From the NCBI GenBank assembly GCA_045635585.1, contig JAZTWA010000001.1:28-64027 (forward strand): DNA of 64,000 nucleotides, written 5' to 3'. The notes below the pieces were generated by a model. That model did no database searches. It worked only from the letters and a program-made list of their open reading frames with translations, and had not been told where the DNA came from. Source of the DNA: Candidatus Enterousia sp. (GTDB lineage Bacteria > Pseudomonadota > Alphaproteobacteria > Rs-D84). The stretch's first letter is position 1, and the number at the start of each line of letters is the position of its first letter. Position numbers and translations under genes: made by a program. This document shows positions 27,589 to 37,124 of the stretch, piece after piece.

Positions 27589-28924
27589 AATAAATATGTT
27601 TAATATTAAAAGTATATTTTCGTCGCTGATGATGTGTTTTTGTATGGCGTCTGGTGCGTCTGCGATGGATTTGTCTTTGTCTGATGCGGTTTCACGTATT
27701 GTGAATGAATCGCATGATTTAAAAAAGGCCGATGCTAATCTAAAACGTGCCGAAGCATCATTGGATGCCGCCAATGCCAGTCGTTGGTTCACGTTGGAAG
27801 GTACTGCATCATATATGAATTTGGTCAATGTCGAAAATCCATCTGAATCCAGACGTATTGAATTGCCACCGGCATTGGGGGGAATTATTTCTGAATCTTT
27901 AAAAGACCAGTCTGTGTCGATTACGATTCCAAATAATATTTTCCAAGCAGGACTGACCCTGACGCAACCAATTTATACATTTGGTAAAATTGGTAACGCG
28001 GTTAAATCTGTTCGTTCTGCAATCAAAGTGGCACAATCATCACATGAAATTACTTTGCGTGAAGTAAAATATGCCGCAGCTGATTTATATTGGACAGCAA
28101 AGATGACCGATGAAATTGTAGCGTTGGCAAAAAATGATTTGAAAAATGCGCGTGCTGCGAAAAATAGTTTAACTGCGGCGGGACGTGCAAATCGCAGTAA
28201 TTTGTTAAAGATTGAATCAGATATTGCGACCAAAGAAATAAATGTTTCTGATGCCGAATTTAATCGTGATACAGCATATCGTATGTTAAAAATCATGGCT
28301 GGTATCGATTTGGATCAAGAAATAACATTAACAGAAAAATTCCCAGAAACATTTTCTGCGATTTCTGGGGAAAAGTTAAAAAGTACGCCACAGTGGGAAT
28401 TATTGGGTGAACAGGTAAATATGTATGAACGTTTGGCGCGTTCAAAGCGTGCGGGTGCATATCCAACATTGGCGGCAACTGCATCATATACATATTCAAC
28501 AATGTCAGATGATATTGGGCATTTGTTCGATAAATCTGGTGGCCAGTCTGCATCGTGGGGATTGGCATTACAGGTGCCAATTTTCAGTGGTGGCGTTAAT
28601 CGTGCAAATGCAACAATCGAAGCCATGAATGCTGTCGCGGCGCGCGAAGATTTGGCCCAGTCAAAAAAGATAACAACAGAACAGTATGATAACGCAATAA
28701 AATCATATAATCATTTGCGCGAAAACTTGTCTACTTTGAAAAATGCACGCGATTTGGCAAGCAAGACATATCAGTTATCGCAAAATCGATTTGCGTCTGG
28801 TCAAACATCTGCGGTTGAATTGGCAGATGTATCGGCTGGCCTATATCAATTGGATATGGCGTTGTTAAATACAAAATACAAAATATTAATGTCTGCAGAA
28901 TCAATAAAAAAGTTGGGTGAATAA
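27581..28924 (+). CDS. TolC-family outer-membrane efflux protein
   Basis: Signal peptide. Two-repeat coiled-coil/beta architecture. LSLSDAV...A.A..W.L.G.ASY and FSGG motifs. Confidence 0.85.
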   Translation: MHKINMFNIKSIFSSLMMCFCMASGASAMDLSLSDAVSRIVNESHDLKKADANLKRAEASLDAANASRWFTLEGTASYMNLVNVENPSESRRIELPPALGGIISESLKDQSVSITIPNNIFQAGLTLTQPIYTFGKIGNAVKSVRSAIKVAQSSHEITLREVKYAAADLYWTAKMTDEIVALAKNDLKNARAAKNSLTAAGRANRSNLLKIESDIATKEINVSDAEFNRDTAYRMLKIMAGIDLDQEITLTEKFPETFSAISGEKLKSTPQWELLGEQVNMYERLARSKRAGAYPTLAATASYTYSTMSDDIGHLFDKSGGQSASWGLALQVPIFSGGVNRANATIEAMNAVAAREDLAQSKKITTEQYDNAIKSYNHLRENLSTLKNARDLASKTYQLSQNRFASGQTSAVELADVSAGLYQLDMALLNTKYKILMSAESIKKLGE

Positions 28925-28926
28925 AA

Positions 28927-29526
28927 ATGGAAAAAGTAAAACAAACATTAAATAAATCAAAAATAAAGCATGTGTTTTTTGTGGCGCTGGTTGTGCTGTT
29001 AATTGGTTGGTGCGTATTCCGTTTTGCGGCCGTTGCATCTGAAAATGCGCGTTATGTATTCAATGCGTCGCGTGTTGCTGCGGATGTTGGTATGCCAATT
29101 GATGCGGTGGTCATGGCGCATAACAATGGTGTTTTATATGAACCATTGGCAATAAAGAATAATCGTGCATATGTGTCTGGCGCACGTGCAAAAAATCTTT
29201 ATGTCGGCCAAAAAATAGGTAACGGTAAAATTGTATCCGTATCAAAAAATATTGATTTAGATTCTGGAATGTATCTTGTTCGTACATCTGGTGTATCTGA
29301 TGGTGTTGCGTTTGCAGAATTTTCAGCCAATGGACATTTTGTTCCATTGTATGCAATAAATTCAAATGTGGTAATGATTGTTGAAAATGGTGTTGTCACA
29401 CCACGTAATATCGAAATTGCACGTCAAGATTCAGAAAACGCATATATAAAATCTGGATTGTCTGATGGTGATGTTGTTATCTTGTCGCATGTAAATGCTG
29501 GTGACAAAGTCCAAATTAAAAAATAA
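28927..29526 (+). CDS. Short (199 aa) membrane-anchored periplasmic adaptor-like protein
   Basis: Located in the adaptor position between the TolC and RND genes. N-terminal TM anchor. The C-terminus GLSDGDVVILS..NAGDKV resembles the distal beta-barrel end of HlyD/MFP proteins. There is no room for the coiled-coil hairpin. Confidence 0.55.
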   Translation: MEKVKQTLNKSKIKHVFFVALVVLLIGWCVFRFAAVASENARYVFNASRVAADVGMPIDAVVMAHNNGVLYEPLAIKNNRAYVSGARAKNLYVGQKIGNGKIVSVSKNIDLDSGMYLVRTSGVSDGVAFAEFSANGHFVPLYAINSNVVMIVENGVVTPRNIEIARQDSENAYIKSGLSDGDVVILSHVNAGDKVQIKK

Positions 29527-29557
29527 ATTATGGTCCAAATAAAAAAGGTGATTTGAT

Positions 29558-32500
29558 ATGTTGAAATTCTTTGTTCGCAGACCAATAACAACATTGATGT
29601 TTGTTTTGTTGTGGGTTGTATTGGGATTTGTGTCTTTCCCAAATATGAATATTGAACGTACACCCGCGTTGGATTTTCCGATGGTAACGGCGACATTTAT
29701 TTACCCGGGTGCCGCGCCCCAAGAACTAGAATCGCAAATCGTAAAACGTGCCGAAGATGCAATGGCCGAAGTTTCTGAATTAAAGAAAATTACATCATAT
29801 TTGTATGAAAACAGTGCGATGGTAATGGCGGAATTTAATTTGGGTGTCAATGTTAACGACAAGGCAAATGAAGTAAAGACAAAATTGGATTCTTTGATTT
29901 CAGAATTCCCGTCTGATATGGAAAATCCAATGGTTGAAAAGTTAAATCCTTTGCAACAATCTGTGGTTGATATTGTTATTCGTGGGGCTAATGCGCGTGA
30001 TTTGGAAGAATATGTTGATGATGTTCTATCAACAAAAATTACGGGTATTTCTGGTGTGGCCAGTGTGTCTGTATTTGGTGGTCGTGAACGTGCAATTCGT
30101 ATTGCATTAAATCCAGATTCTATGGCGGCCCAAGGTGTAACGATTATGGATGTTGTATCTGCATTGGGGGCGCATAATTTGAATGTTCCAGGTGGAAAAA
30201 TAGAAACATCTGCATCGTCATCAAATGTACGCTTTATCGGAGAATTTGCATCGATTGATGAAATTGCAAATCTGCGTTTAACAACTGTCGAAGGAAATAA
30301 TTTTCTTTTATCTGATATTGCAACAATTACAGATGCGGCACGTGATATTGAAAATGGTGCGCGTTATAACGGTGAACCTGTGGTGGTTGCATCTGTGGTC
30401 AAGGCATCAGATGGAAATGCCATAAATATTTCCCGCGCATTGCATGAACGTATGCCCGAATTCCAGACAGATATTCAATCACGTTTTCCAAATGCAGAAA
30501 TGTTAATTGCGGCAGATTCATCGATTGCAATTTCTGATGAAACAGACAGTACTATTAATGGTATTGTTTTGGGTGTATTGTTAACTATCTTGGTGCTGTT
30601 GGCATTTACGCGTAATTGGCGTTCAACAATTATTGCTGGTGTTGTAATTCCTGCGTCATTGATTGCCGGCTTTTTCTTTATGGATGCGAACAACTTTACA
30701 ATCAATGCATTAACATTGTTGGCATATTCATCTGCATTAGGTACATTGGTATCGAATGCGATTATTTTGATAGAATCTGCACTGCAAGAAATGCATGATG
30801 GTAAAAATCCAGAAGATGCTGCGATTGATGGTACAAAAAAAGTTGCTGTTTCTGTATTGGCTGGTGTTGGTACAAACGTCGTGGTGTTTTTGCCATTGGC
30901 GTTTATGGGTGGAATCGTTGGCCAGTTCATGGTTCAATTTGGTATGACAGTTGTGTATCTAACATTGTTGTCTTTGATGTTTTCTTTCACATTAACGCCA
31001 ATGATGATTGCAAAATTCTTACGTCTGACAGGAAATAAACAAAAGAACACGAATAAAGCCGCAAAAAAATCTAAATTGTCCACCACCAGTTGGTTGCGTC
31101 GTTGGTATGATTTTCAATCTGCGCACCCATGGCGTGTTATTGGAATGGTATTTGTTCTGTTTATTGGTTCTACAACGTTAATGCGCTTTGTTGGGAATGA
31201 ATTTTCACCGTCCACAGACGCGAATGAAATAACAATTACTGCACGTGCCCCAATGGGTTCGACGTATGAAAAATCAGAATCAATTGCGATACAAATTGAA
31301 GAACGTCTAAAACAATTTGACGAAGTTGCTGCTACGACTGTTAAAATCGGCGATCAAGGATTACAGAATATCGATATTACGGTTGAATTGGTTGATGTGT
31401 CTGAACGTAATATTTCTGATAAATTATTGGCCCAGAAAATATTGCCAACAATTGCGGATATTGCAGATGCAGAAATTCAAATTCGTGCAGGTGAAGCGCA
31501 ATCGGCAGGTTCTTCTTCGGATTTGGTGTTGAATATTTTTGGGCCTGATGATGCAAAACGTGAAGCATATGCCGCCAAGATTATTGATATTGTAAATCAA
31601 ATCCCCGAAGTGCAATCTGCGGTTCGTGCACAGCAGTTGCCTGCGATGGAAACACAATTTATTCCTGATCAAGAAAAAATGAATTTCTGGGGTGTCCAGA
31701 ACGCATACGCGGGTACAACATTGCGTACCGCCTTGTACGGTAATGACGATTACAAGTACAAGGAAAATGGCGAAGAATACCCAATCGTTTTGGAAATTGC
31801 AAAACCATTTAAGACAGCTGCATTGTTTGATAATGTCTATGTGAATTCTCAAAAGGGTATGGTGCCATTGTCGTCGTTGGGCGAAATAAAAATGGAACGC
31901 GCAACACCTGATATCCGTCGTGAAAATAAAAATCGTTTAACCGAAGTAAATATTAACATTGGTAAATCCACAATGGGGCCTGTACAGTCAAAAATCCAAT
32001 CAGAATTGGACAATATTGATTGGGAATATGGATATTATGCTGAATTTGGTGGCATGTCAGAACATCAGGCGGAAAGCGCACGTGAAATTGGTCGTGCCTT
32101 TTTGTTGGCGACAATATTAACGTTTATGTTGTTGGCGGCAATATTGAATTCTTTGGCACATCCGTTTACAATTGCAACATCAATTTTGACCAGTTTTATT
32201 GGTGTGTTTGTTATGATGTTCTTGTCTGGTGCAACAATGAATATTGGGGCGATGTTGGCATTTGTTATGTTGGTTGGTTTGGTTGTTAATAATAATATTT
32301 TGGTTTTGGAACCGACGATAAATCGTGTGAATTCTGGCGAAAATATGTATGATGCATTATGGGCAGAATTGTCTGATAAAAAGAATATGGTATTAATGAC
32401 ATCAATTGCCGTTGTTGCCGGTATGGTTCCACAATTGTGGTCTATTGATGGTATGAAGGTTGCAATGGGTGCGGTTATGATTGGTGGTATGTTGGCCAGT

Positions 32501-32584
32501 TTATTATTTACATTTACATTAACGCCTGCATTGTTCTTCTTGATTGAACGTGCGCGTCGTTGGAAACCACGATTCAAAAAATAA
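29558..32584 (+). CDS. RND-family efflux transporter (AcrB/HAE1-like)
   Basis: 1008 aa. N-terminal FFVRRPITTLMFVLL. 12-TM / two large periplasmic loop organisation. Confidence 0.9.
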   Translation: MLKFFVRRPITTLMFVLLWVVLGFVSFPNMNIERTPALDFPMVTATFIYPGAAPQELESQIVKRAEDAMAEVSELKKITSYLYENSAMVMAEFNLGVNVNDKANEVKTKLDSLISEFPSDMENPMVEKLNPLQQSVVDIVIRGANARDLEEYVDDVLSTKITGISGVASVSVFGGRERAIRIALNPDSMAAQGVTIMDVVSALGAHNLNVPGGKIETSASSSNVRFIGEFASIDEIANLRLTTVEGNNFLLSDIATITDAARDIENGARYNGEPVVVASVVKASDGNAINISRALHERMPEFQTDIQSRFPNAEMLIAADSSIAISDETDSTINGIVLGVLLTILVLLAFTRNWRSTIIAGVVIPASLIAGFFFMDANNFTINALTLLAYSSALGTLVSNAIILIESALQEMHDGKNPEDAAIDGTKKVAVSVLAGVGTNVVVFLPLAFMGGIVGQFMVQFGMTVVYLTLLSLMFSFTLTPMMIAKFLRLTGNKQKNTNKAAKKSKLSTTSWLRRWYDFQSAHPWRVIGMVFVLFIGSTTLMRFVGNEFSPSTDANEITITARAPMGSTYEKSESIAIQIEERLKQFDEVAATTVKIGDQGLQNIDITVELVDVSERNISDKLLAQKILPTIADIADAEIQIRAGEAQSAGSSSDLVLNIFGPDDAKREAYAAKIIDIVNQIPEVQSAVRAQQLPAMETQFIPDQEKMNFWGVQNAYAGTTLRTALYGNDDYKYKENGEEYPIVLEIAKPFKTAALFDNVYVNSQKGMVPLSSLGEIKMERATPDIRRENKNRLTEVNINIGKSTMGPVQSKIQSELDNIDWEYGYYAEFGGMSEHQAESAREIGRAFLLATILTFMLLAAILNSLAHPFTIATSILTSFIGVFVMMFLSGATMNIGAMLAFVMLVGLVVNNNILVLEPTINRVNSGENMYDALWAELSDKKNMVLMTSIAVVAGMVPQLWSIDGMKVAMGAVMIGGMLASLLFTFTLTPALFFLIERARRWKPRFKK

Positions 32585-32591
32585 GAAAATG

Positions 32592-32614
32592 CCCACCACA
32601 TGGTGGGTTTTTTT
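32592..32614 (+). terminator. Rho-independent terminator of the efflux operon
   Basis: CCCACCA-CA-TGGTGGG followed by a T-run. Confidence 0.8.
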
Positions 32615-32683
32615 AATATTGTTTGCGCAAAGAAAAAATATTGTTATAATCTGTCTGGTTAATAAATAAAGGATAAAATTAAT

Positions 32684-33280
32684 ATGTTAAAAAAGACAGA
32701 TGTTGTTTTATTTGATTTTGATGGCACATTATCTGGCGGCGATTCGAATGTTGAATTTGCGCGTTATTGTTTCAAGCATAGTGTTCGTCCATGGCTTTTT
32801 TTGCCATTGATCGGTGTATGCTGCATTGTGCGTTTATTTAATCGTGATGGTATCTGGTGGCGTGAAAATATTCGTCGCTTTATTACACCAAAAATGGTAC
32901 GTAAATTTGCACCTGCATTTATCAAGTTACATAAACGTAATCGCTTTGGTTGGGCCAAAGAACGTGTTCAGTCTGAACGTGATGCGGGTAACAAAGTTAT
33001 AATGGTTTCGGCCAGTCCGGATTACCTGTTGCCTGCATTAATTCGTGATATGAAATTTGATGCGGTATTTTGTTCTGTAACTGAAAAGACAAAACCATGG
33101 AAGTATAAATTTCTATGTTGGGGTACGAATAAGGTATATGCGATGGACGAATGGGCCAAAGAACATGGATTTATTCCACGTGTTGTGCGTGCATATTCGG
33201 ACAGTAAATCTGATTTGCCAATGATGGAAATTGCCGCAGAGCAGGTCTGGATAAATCCGCATACTGGGATGCGAAAATAA
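32684..33280 (+). CDS. HAD-superfamily (subfamily IB-like) hydrolase
   Basis: Motif I LFDFDGTL, MVSASP, and motif IV YSDSKSDLPMM. Confidence 0.75.
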   Translation: MLKKTDVVLFDFDGTLSGGDSNVEFARYCFKHSVRPWLFLPLIGVCCIVRLFNRDGIWWRENIRRFITPKMVRKFAPAFIKLHKRNRFGWAKERVQSERDAGNKVIMVSASPDYLLPALIRDMKFDAVFCSVTEKTKPWKYKFLCWGTNKVYAMDEWAKEHGFIPRVVRAYSDSKSDLPMMEIAAEQVWINPHTGMRK

Positions 33281-33320
33281 TCCGAATGATAAATATTGAT
33301 AAATATGTTATGGTGTTTCT

Positions 33321-33584
33321 ATGGCAATCATAGAAACACTTTTTGATGTAATCAGTGCCAGCACCGGTGCAATATTTGGTGCGATATTTGCATTTTATTT
33401 AAATCGTCGTCGCAATCGTCGTATGCTGAATCAACAGGTTGTCAGTCGACAAGAATTGGCGCGTATCAAAGAAGAAAATGAACGTCTGTTGACACAAATC
33501 AAAGAAAAAGAAAATCTGATATTGAAAATGCAGATGCAATTATTGGAAACAGGAACCGGTTACAAACGAAAAAAGAAAAAATAA
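33321..33584 (+). CDS. Small membrane-anchored coiled-coil protein (87 aa)
   Basis: N-terminal hydrophobic helix, then a heptad-like charged region and a KKKKK tail. The start codon sits inside an 11-bp perfect hairpin (see findings). Confidence 0.4.
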   Translation: MAIIETLFDVISASTGAIFGAIFAFYLNRRRNRRMLNQQVVSRQELARIKEENERLLTQIKEKENLILKMQMQLLETGTGYKRKKKK

Positions 33585-33641
33585 AACAGTGGCAAACACA
33601 TCTTTTTGATATATAATTCATTCGATTAAATGGGGGTGCAA

Positions 33642-34865
33642 ATGAATTATATTGTTGCGGCTGTGTGCTTTGTTGTTGGGGCGCTTATTGGTTATCTGCT
33701 TCGTACAAATTCTGCATCTAAAACGGATGCAAAAGTAATCCAGTTGGATACAATTGCCAAACAATTGCGATCTGAAAATGATGGTCTGCGTGTAAAGTGT
33801 GAACTTTTATTGTCGGAATCGGCTGCGCGCGCCAAAGAAATCGAAGTTTTGACAAATGTTCGCGAAAAAATGTTAAATGATTTTCGCGCTGTTTCCAATG
33901 AATTGATTGAAAAACAAAAAGAATCTGTTGTTGGTACACAAAAGACCGTTTTATTGCCGGTTCAAGAAGAAATGCAAAAATTAAAAGACGGTTTTGATAA
34001 ACGTGTCCAAGAAATGTTGAAAAATTCTGCAGAAAATAAAACCAGTATTGATGAACAAATCAAAAATATGAAAGAACATAGTGAAAAGTTACAACACGAA
34101 GCGGCTAATCTGGCCAATGCGTTGCGTAATAAAAAGACCCAAGGGTGTTGGGGTGAAACATATTTGGAAAATGTTTTGCAGATGTTGGGGTTTATTGAAA
34201 ATGTTGACTATACCAAGGAAGAATTTTTCCACAGTGATGATGGTGATATTCGTCCTGACTTTATTTTAAATTTGCCAAATAATAAACGCATAATCATTGA
34301 TTCCAAGGTGTCATTGGAAAGTTATTTGAATTATGAAAATGCCGAAACAGACACAGAACGTGAAAAATACGCAGATGAATTTATTCGTGCCACCGAAAAT
34401 CATATAAATAAATTAGGGGCCAAAGATTATCAGAAAAAGGTCAAAGATTCTGGATTGGATTATGTATTTATGTTTATGCCATTGGAATCTGCGTATATAT
34501 TGGCTATGCGTCGCAAGCCTGAATTATATGCTGGGGCCCAGAATAAGAATGTGGCCCTAATTACATCGTCGCTATTGTTTCCGATTTTAAAAACGGTTGA
34601 AATGTTGCTGAAATTATCCAAACAAAATGAAAATATATCCGAAGTTGTTGAAATGGTGAATAAATTATATGAAAAATATGTTGGCTTTACCGAAAATTTT
34701 GCTAGTATCGGGAAAAGTTTGGACAGTGCGCAAAAAACATATGATCGTGCATTGGGACAATTAACCAGTGGTTCTGGCAATCTGTCTGGCTGGTTTGAAA
34801 AAATAAAACGTAAAAGCGGTATAACAACAAACAAGAACATAGCATTGGAATTCAAAGATGAATAA
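33642..34865 (+). CDS. rmuC: DNA recombination protein RmuC (alternative start 33630)
   Basis: N-terminal TM, long coiled coil, RPDFILNLPNNKRIIIDSKVSLESY nuclease-like core, and FMFMPLESAY. Confidence 0.85.
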   Translation: MNYIVAAVCFVVGALIGYLLRTNSASKTDAKVIQLDTIAKQLRSENDGLRVKCELLLSESAARAKEIEVLTNVREKMLNDFRAVSNELIEKQKESVVGTQKTVLLPVQEEMQKLKDGFDKRVQEMLKNSAENKTSIDEQIKNMKEHSEKLQHEAANLANALRNKKTQGCWGETYLENVLQMLGFIENVDYTKEEFFHSDDGDIRPDFILNLPNNKRIIIDSKVSLESYLNYENAETDTEREKYADEFIRATENHINKLGAKDYQKKVKDSGLDYVFMFMPLESAYILAMRRKPELYAGAQNKNVALITSSLLFPILKTVEMLLKLSKQNENISEVVEMVNKLYEKYVGFTENFASIGKSLDSAQKTYDRALGQLTSGSGNLSGWFEKIKRKSGITTNKNIALEFKDE

Positions 34866-35364
34866 ATTGCAAATGAAATTATGCGGTGATTTGGTTTTGC
34901 GTACGGTATGTGCGCCTGTGGATAATATTACGCCTGAATTGCTGATGACAATGGATGAAATGGTTGAAATGATGCGTGCGCAAAATGGTGTTGGCTTGGC
35001 CGCACCCCAGGTTGGTATTTTGTCGCGATTTTTGGTTATGATGGATCCAGATACTGAAACGATATATCGCATGATTAACCCAAAAATCATATCGTATGAT
35101 TCGCAAACATGTACCATGGAAGAAGGCTGCTTGTCTGTGTTGGGAAATGATGGTTTGCCGGTATATGCAAACGTTACCCGTCCACAAAGTGTTGTTGTTG
35201 AATGGACTGATGAACATGGTGAAACAAAAATGGCACAAATGTCTGGTTTGCCGGCCCGTATTGTTCAGCATGAAACAGATCATTTGGATGGTAAATTATT
35301 TGTTGATTATTTGTCACCAGTTCGTCGTGAAATGCTAATGCGCAAGGTAAGGAAGCGTAAATGA
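34858..35364 (+). CDS. def: Peptide deformylase
   Basis: GVGLAAPQ, EGCLSV and QHETDHLDG motifs. Confidence 0.95.
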   Translation: MNKLQMKLCGDLVLRTVCAPVDNITPELLMTMDEMVEMMRAQNGVGLAAPQVGILSRFLVMMDPDTETIYRMINPKIISYDSQTCTMEEGCLSVLGNDGLPVYANVTRPQSVVVEWTDEHGETKMAQMSGLPARIVQHETDHLDGKLFVDYLSPVRREMLMRKVRKRK

Positions 35365-36167
35365 AATTGGTATTAATGGGAACAAATGCGTTTGTTGTTC
35401 CAATCTTTGATGCAATTTTAAATGCGGGTCATGAAATTATGGCGGTGTTTACGCGTGCGCCAAAACCTGCGGGTCGCAAAAAGGTTTTAACACCATCGCC
35501 GGTGCATATCTGGGCAAATGAAAAGAATTTACCTGTTTATACAAATATTGCAGATTATAATTTTTCACCTGATATGGTTGTTGTAATATCTTATGGTGTG
35601 ATATTGCGTGACAATGTGTTGAAATCGGCGCCATGTGTAAATATTCACCCCAGTTTGTTACCAAAATATCGTGGTCCATCGCCAATACGTACTGCGATTT
35701 ATAATGGTGATACTGAATCTGGTGTTTGTTTGATGAAAATTGTGCCAGAATTGGATGCGGGTGATATTATTGAATGTCGTAAATTCGATATCAGAATTGA
35801 TGATACAAATGATACGGTCGAAGAACGTGTATCACAAATTGCATCAGATATGATGGTTGCGTATTTATCCAATCCTGCAATATATGTTGCCCAGTCACAA
35901 TCTGGTGATGTTTGTTTGTCGCGCAAATGGACGGGCGACGATGAAATTATTGATTGGTCGCGTTCTGCATATGAAATACACAATCAGGTGCGTGCGTTGG
36001 GATGTGGGCGTACCAAGATAAACGGCGTTGATATAAAAATACTGCAAACGCGTTTAGATAATGATAAACTGGAAATTCTTACTGTTCAACCGTCGGGTAA
36101 ACGTCCAATGGATTGGCAAAGTTTTAAAAATGGTCTGCGTGGTGCAGAAATAATAATAGGGGAATAA
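35361..36167 (+). CDS. fmt: Methionyl-tRNA formyltransferase (short, 268 aa)
   Basis: NIHPSLLPKYRGPSPI and ELDAGDI. Overlaps def by 4 nt. Confidence 0.88.
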   Translation: MKLVLMGTNAFVVPIFDAILNAGHEIMAVFTRAPKPAGRKKVLTPSPVHIWANEKNLPVYTNIADYNFSPDMVVVISYGVILRDNVLKSAPCVNIHPSLLPKYRGPSPIRTAIYNGDTESGVCLMKIVPELDAGDIIECRKFDIRIDDTNDTVEERVSQIASDMMVAYLSNPAIYVAQSQSGDVCLSRKWTGDDEIIDWSRSAYEIHNQVRALGCGRTKINGVDIKILQTRLDNDKLEILTVQPSGKRPMDWQSFKNGLRGAEIIIGE

Positions 36168-36172
36168 AAATT

Positions 36173-36391
36173 ATGGAAATTATAGATTATCAAGAATGTT
36201 GCGATTGTGAATCATGTAACAAGAAATCATGTGTCAAGGTCCAAGAATGTCGTAACTGTGTATCATACAAAGATAATGCATGCTTTTATGGTGTGCCATT
36301 TTTTGTAAAGTTGTTTGGACCATCAAAAACCAACGAAAATGCATGGTGCAATCGTTTCAAATTGGTAAATAAAAATCAAAAGTCTCGTTAA
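36173..36391 (+). CDS. Small Cys-rich hypothetical protein (72 aa)
   Basis: 9 Cys, including CCDCESCNKKSCVKVQECRNC. Packed between fmt and truA with gaps of 5 nt and 1 nt. Confidence 0.45.
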   Translation: MEIIDYQECCDCESCNKKSCVKVQECRNCVSYKDNACFYGVPFFVKLFGPSKTNENAWCNRFKLVNKNQKSR

Positions 36392-36392
36392 A

Positions 36393-37124
36393 ATGACACG
36401 ATATCGGGTAAATCTTGAATATGATGGAACAAATCTAATTGGTTGGCAAGAAAATCGCCAAGGTCCATCTGTTCAATCTGTTGTCAAAGATGCAATTGAA
36501 AAATTTTGTGGTGCGCGCCCCGATGTTGTTGGGGCGGGGCGTACTGATGCGGGGGTGCATGCAATTTCTATGGTTGCACACTTTGATATTGATGGTGAAC
36601 ATAGTGCGCAAACTGTAATGCGTGCGTTGAATTTTTATTTGGTTGGCATGCCTGTGGCTGTGACTGATTGTGAAATTGCAAGTGATGAATTTCATGCGCG
36701 TTTTGATTGTGTTGCACGTCATTATCGTTATGTGGTTTTAAATCGTGGTGCATCGCCTGTGTTGCAAAAGAATCGTGTTTATTGGGTTCCGCGCAGATTA
36801 AATATTGATGCGATGCGTGCTGCCGCGGACAGATTGATTGGCAATCATGATTTTACCAGTTTTCGTGCATCAGAATGTCAGGCAAAGTCGCCGGTAAAAA
36901 CGTTGGATAAAATCGAAATTATTACAGATGGTGATATGATATATTTTGATTTTTCTGCGCGTTCATTTTTACATCATATGGTGCGTAATATTGTTGGAAC
37001 CTTGGTTGAAATTGGTTTGGGTAAACCATATGATATTGATGAAATTTTGAATGCAAAAAATCGCAGTGCTGCGGGACCAACGGCGCCATCTGCGGGATTG
37101 TATTTCGTTCGTGCAGATTATTAA
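36393..37124 (+). CDS. truA: tRNA pseudouridine(38-40) synthase
   Basis: GAGRTDAGVHA catalytic Asp motif; RSFLHHMVRNIVG. Confidence 0.93.
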   Translation: MTRYRVNLEYDGTNLIGWQENRQGPSVQSVVKDAIEKFCGARPDVVGAGRTDAGVHAISMVAHFDIDGEHSAQTVMRALNFYLVGMPVAVTDCEIASDEFHARFDCVARHYRYVVLNRGASPVLQKNRVYWVPRRLNIDAMRAAADRLIGNHDFTSFRASECQAKSPVKTLDKIEIITDGDMIYFDFSARSFLHHMVRNIVGTLVEIGLGKPYDIDEILNAKNRSAAGPTAPSAGLYFVRADY

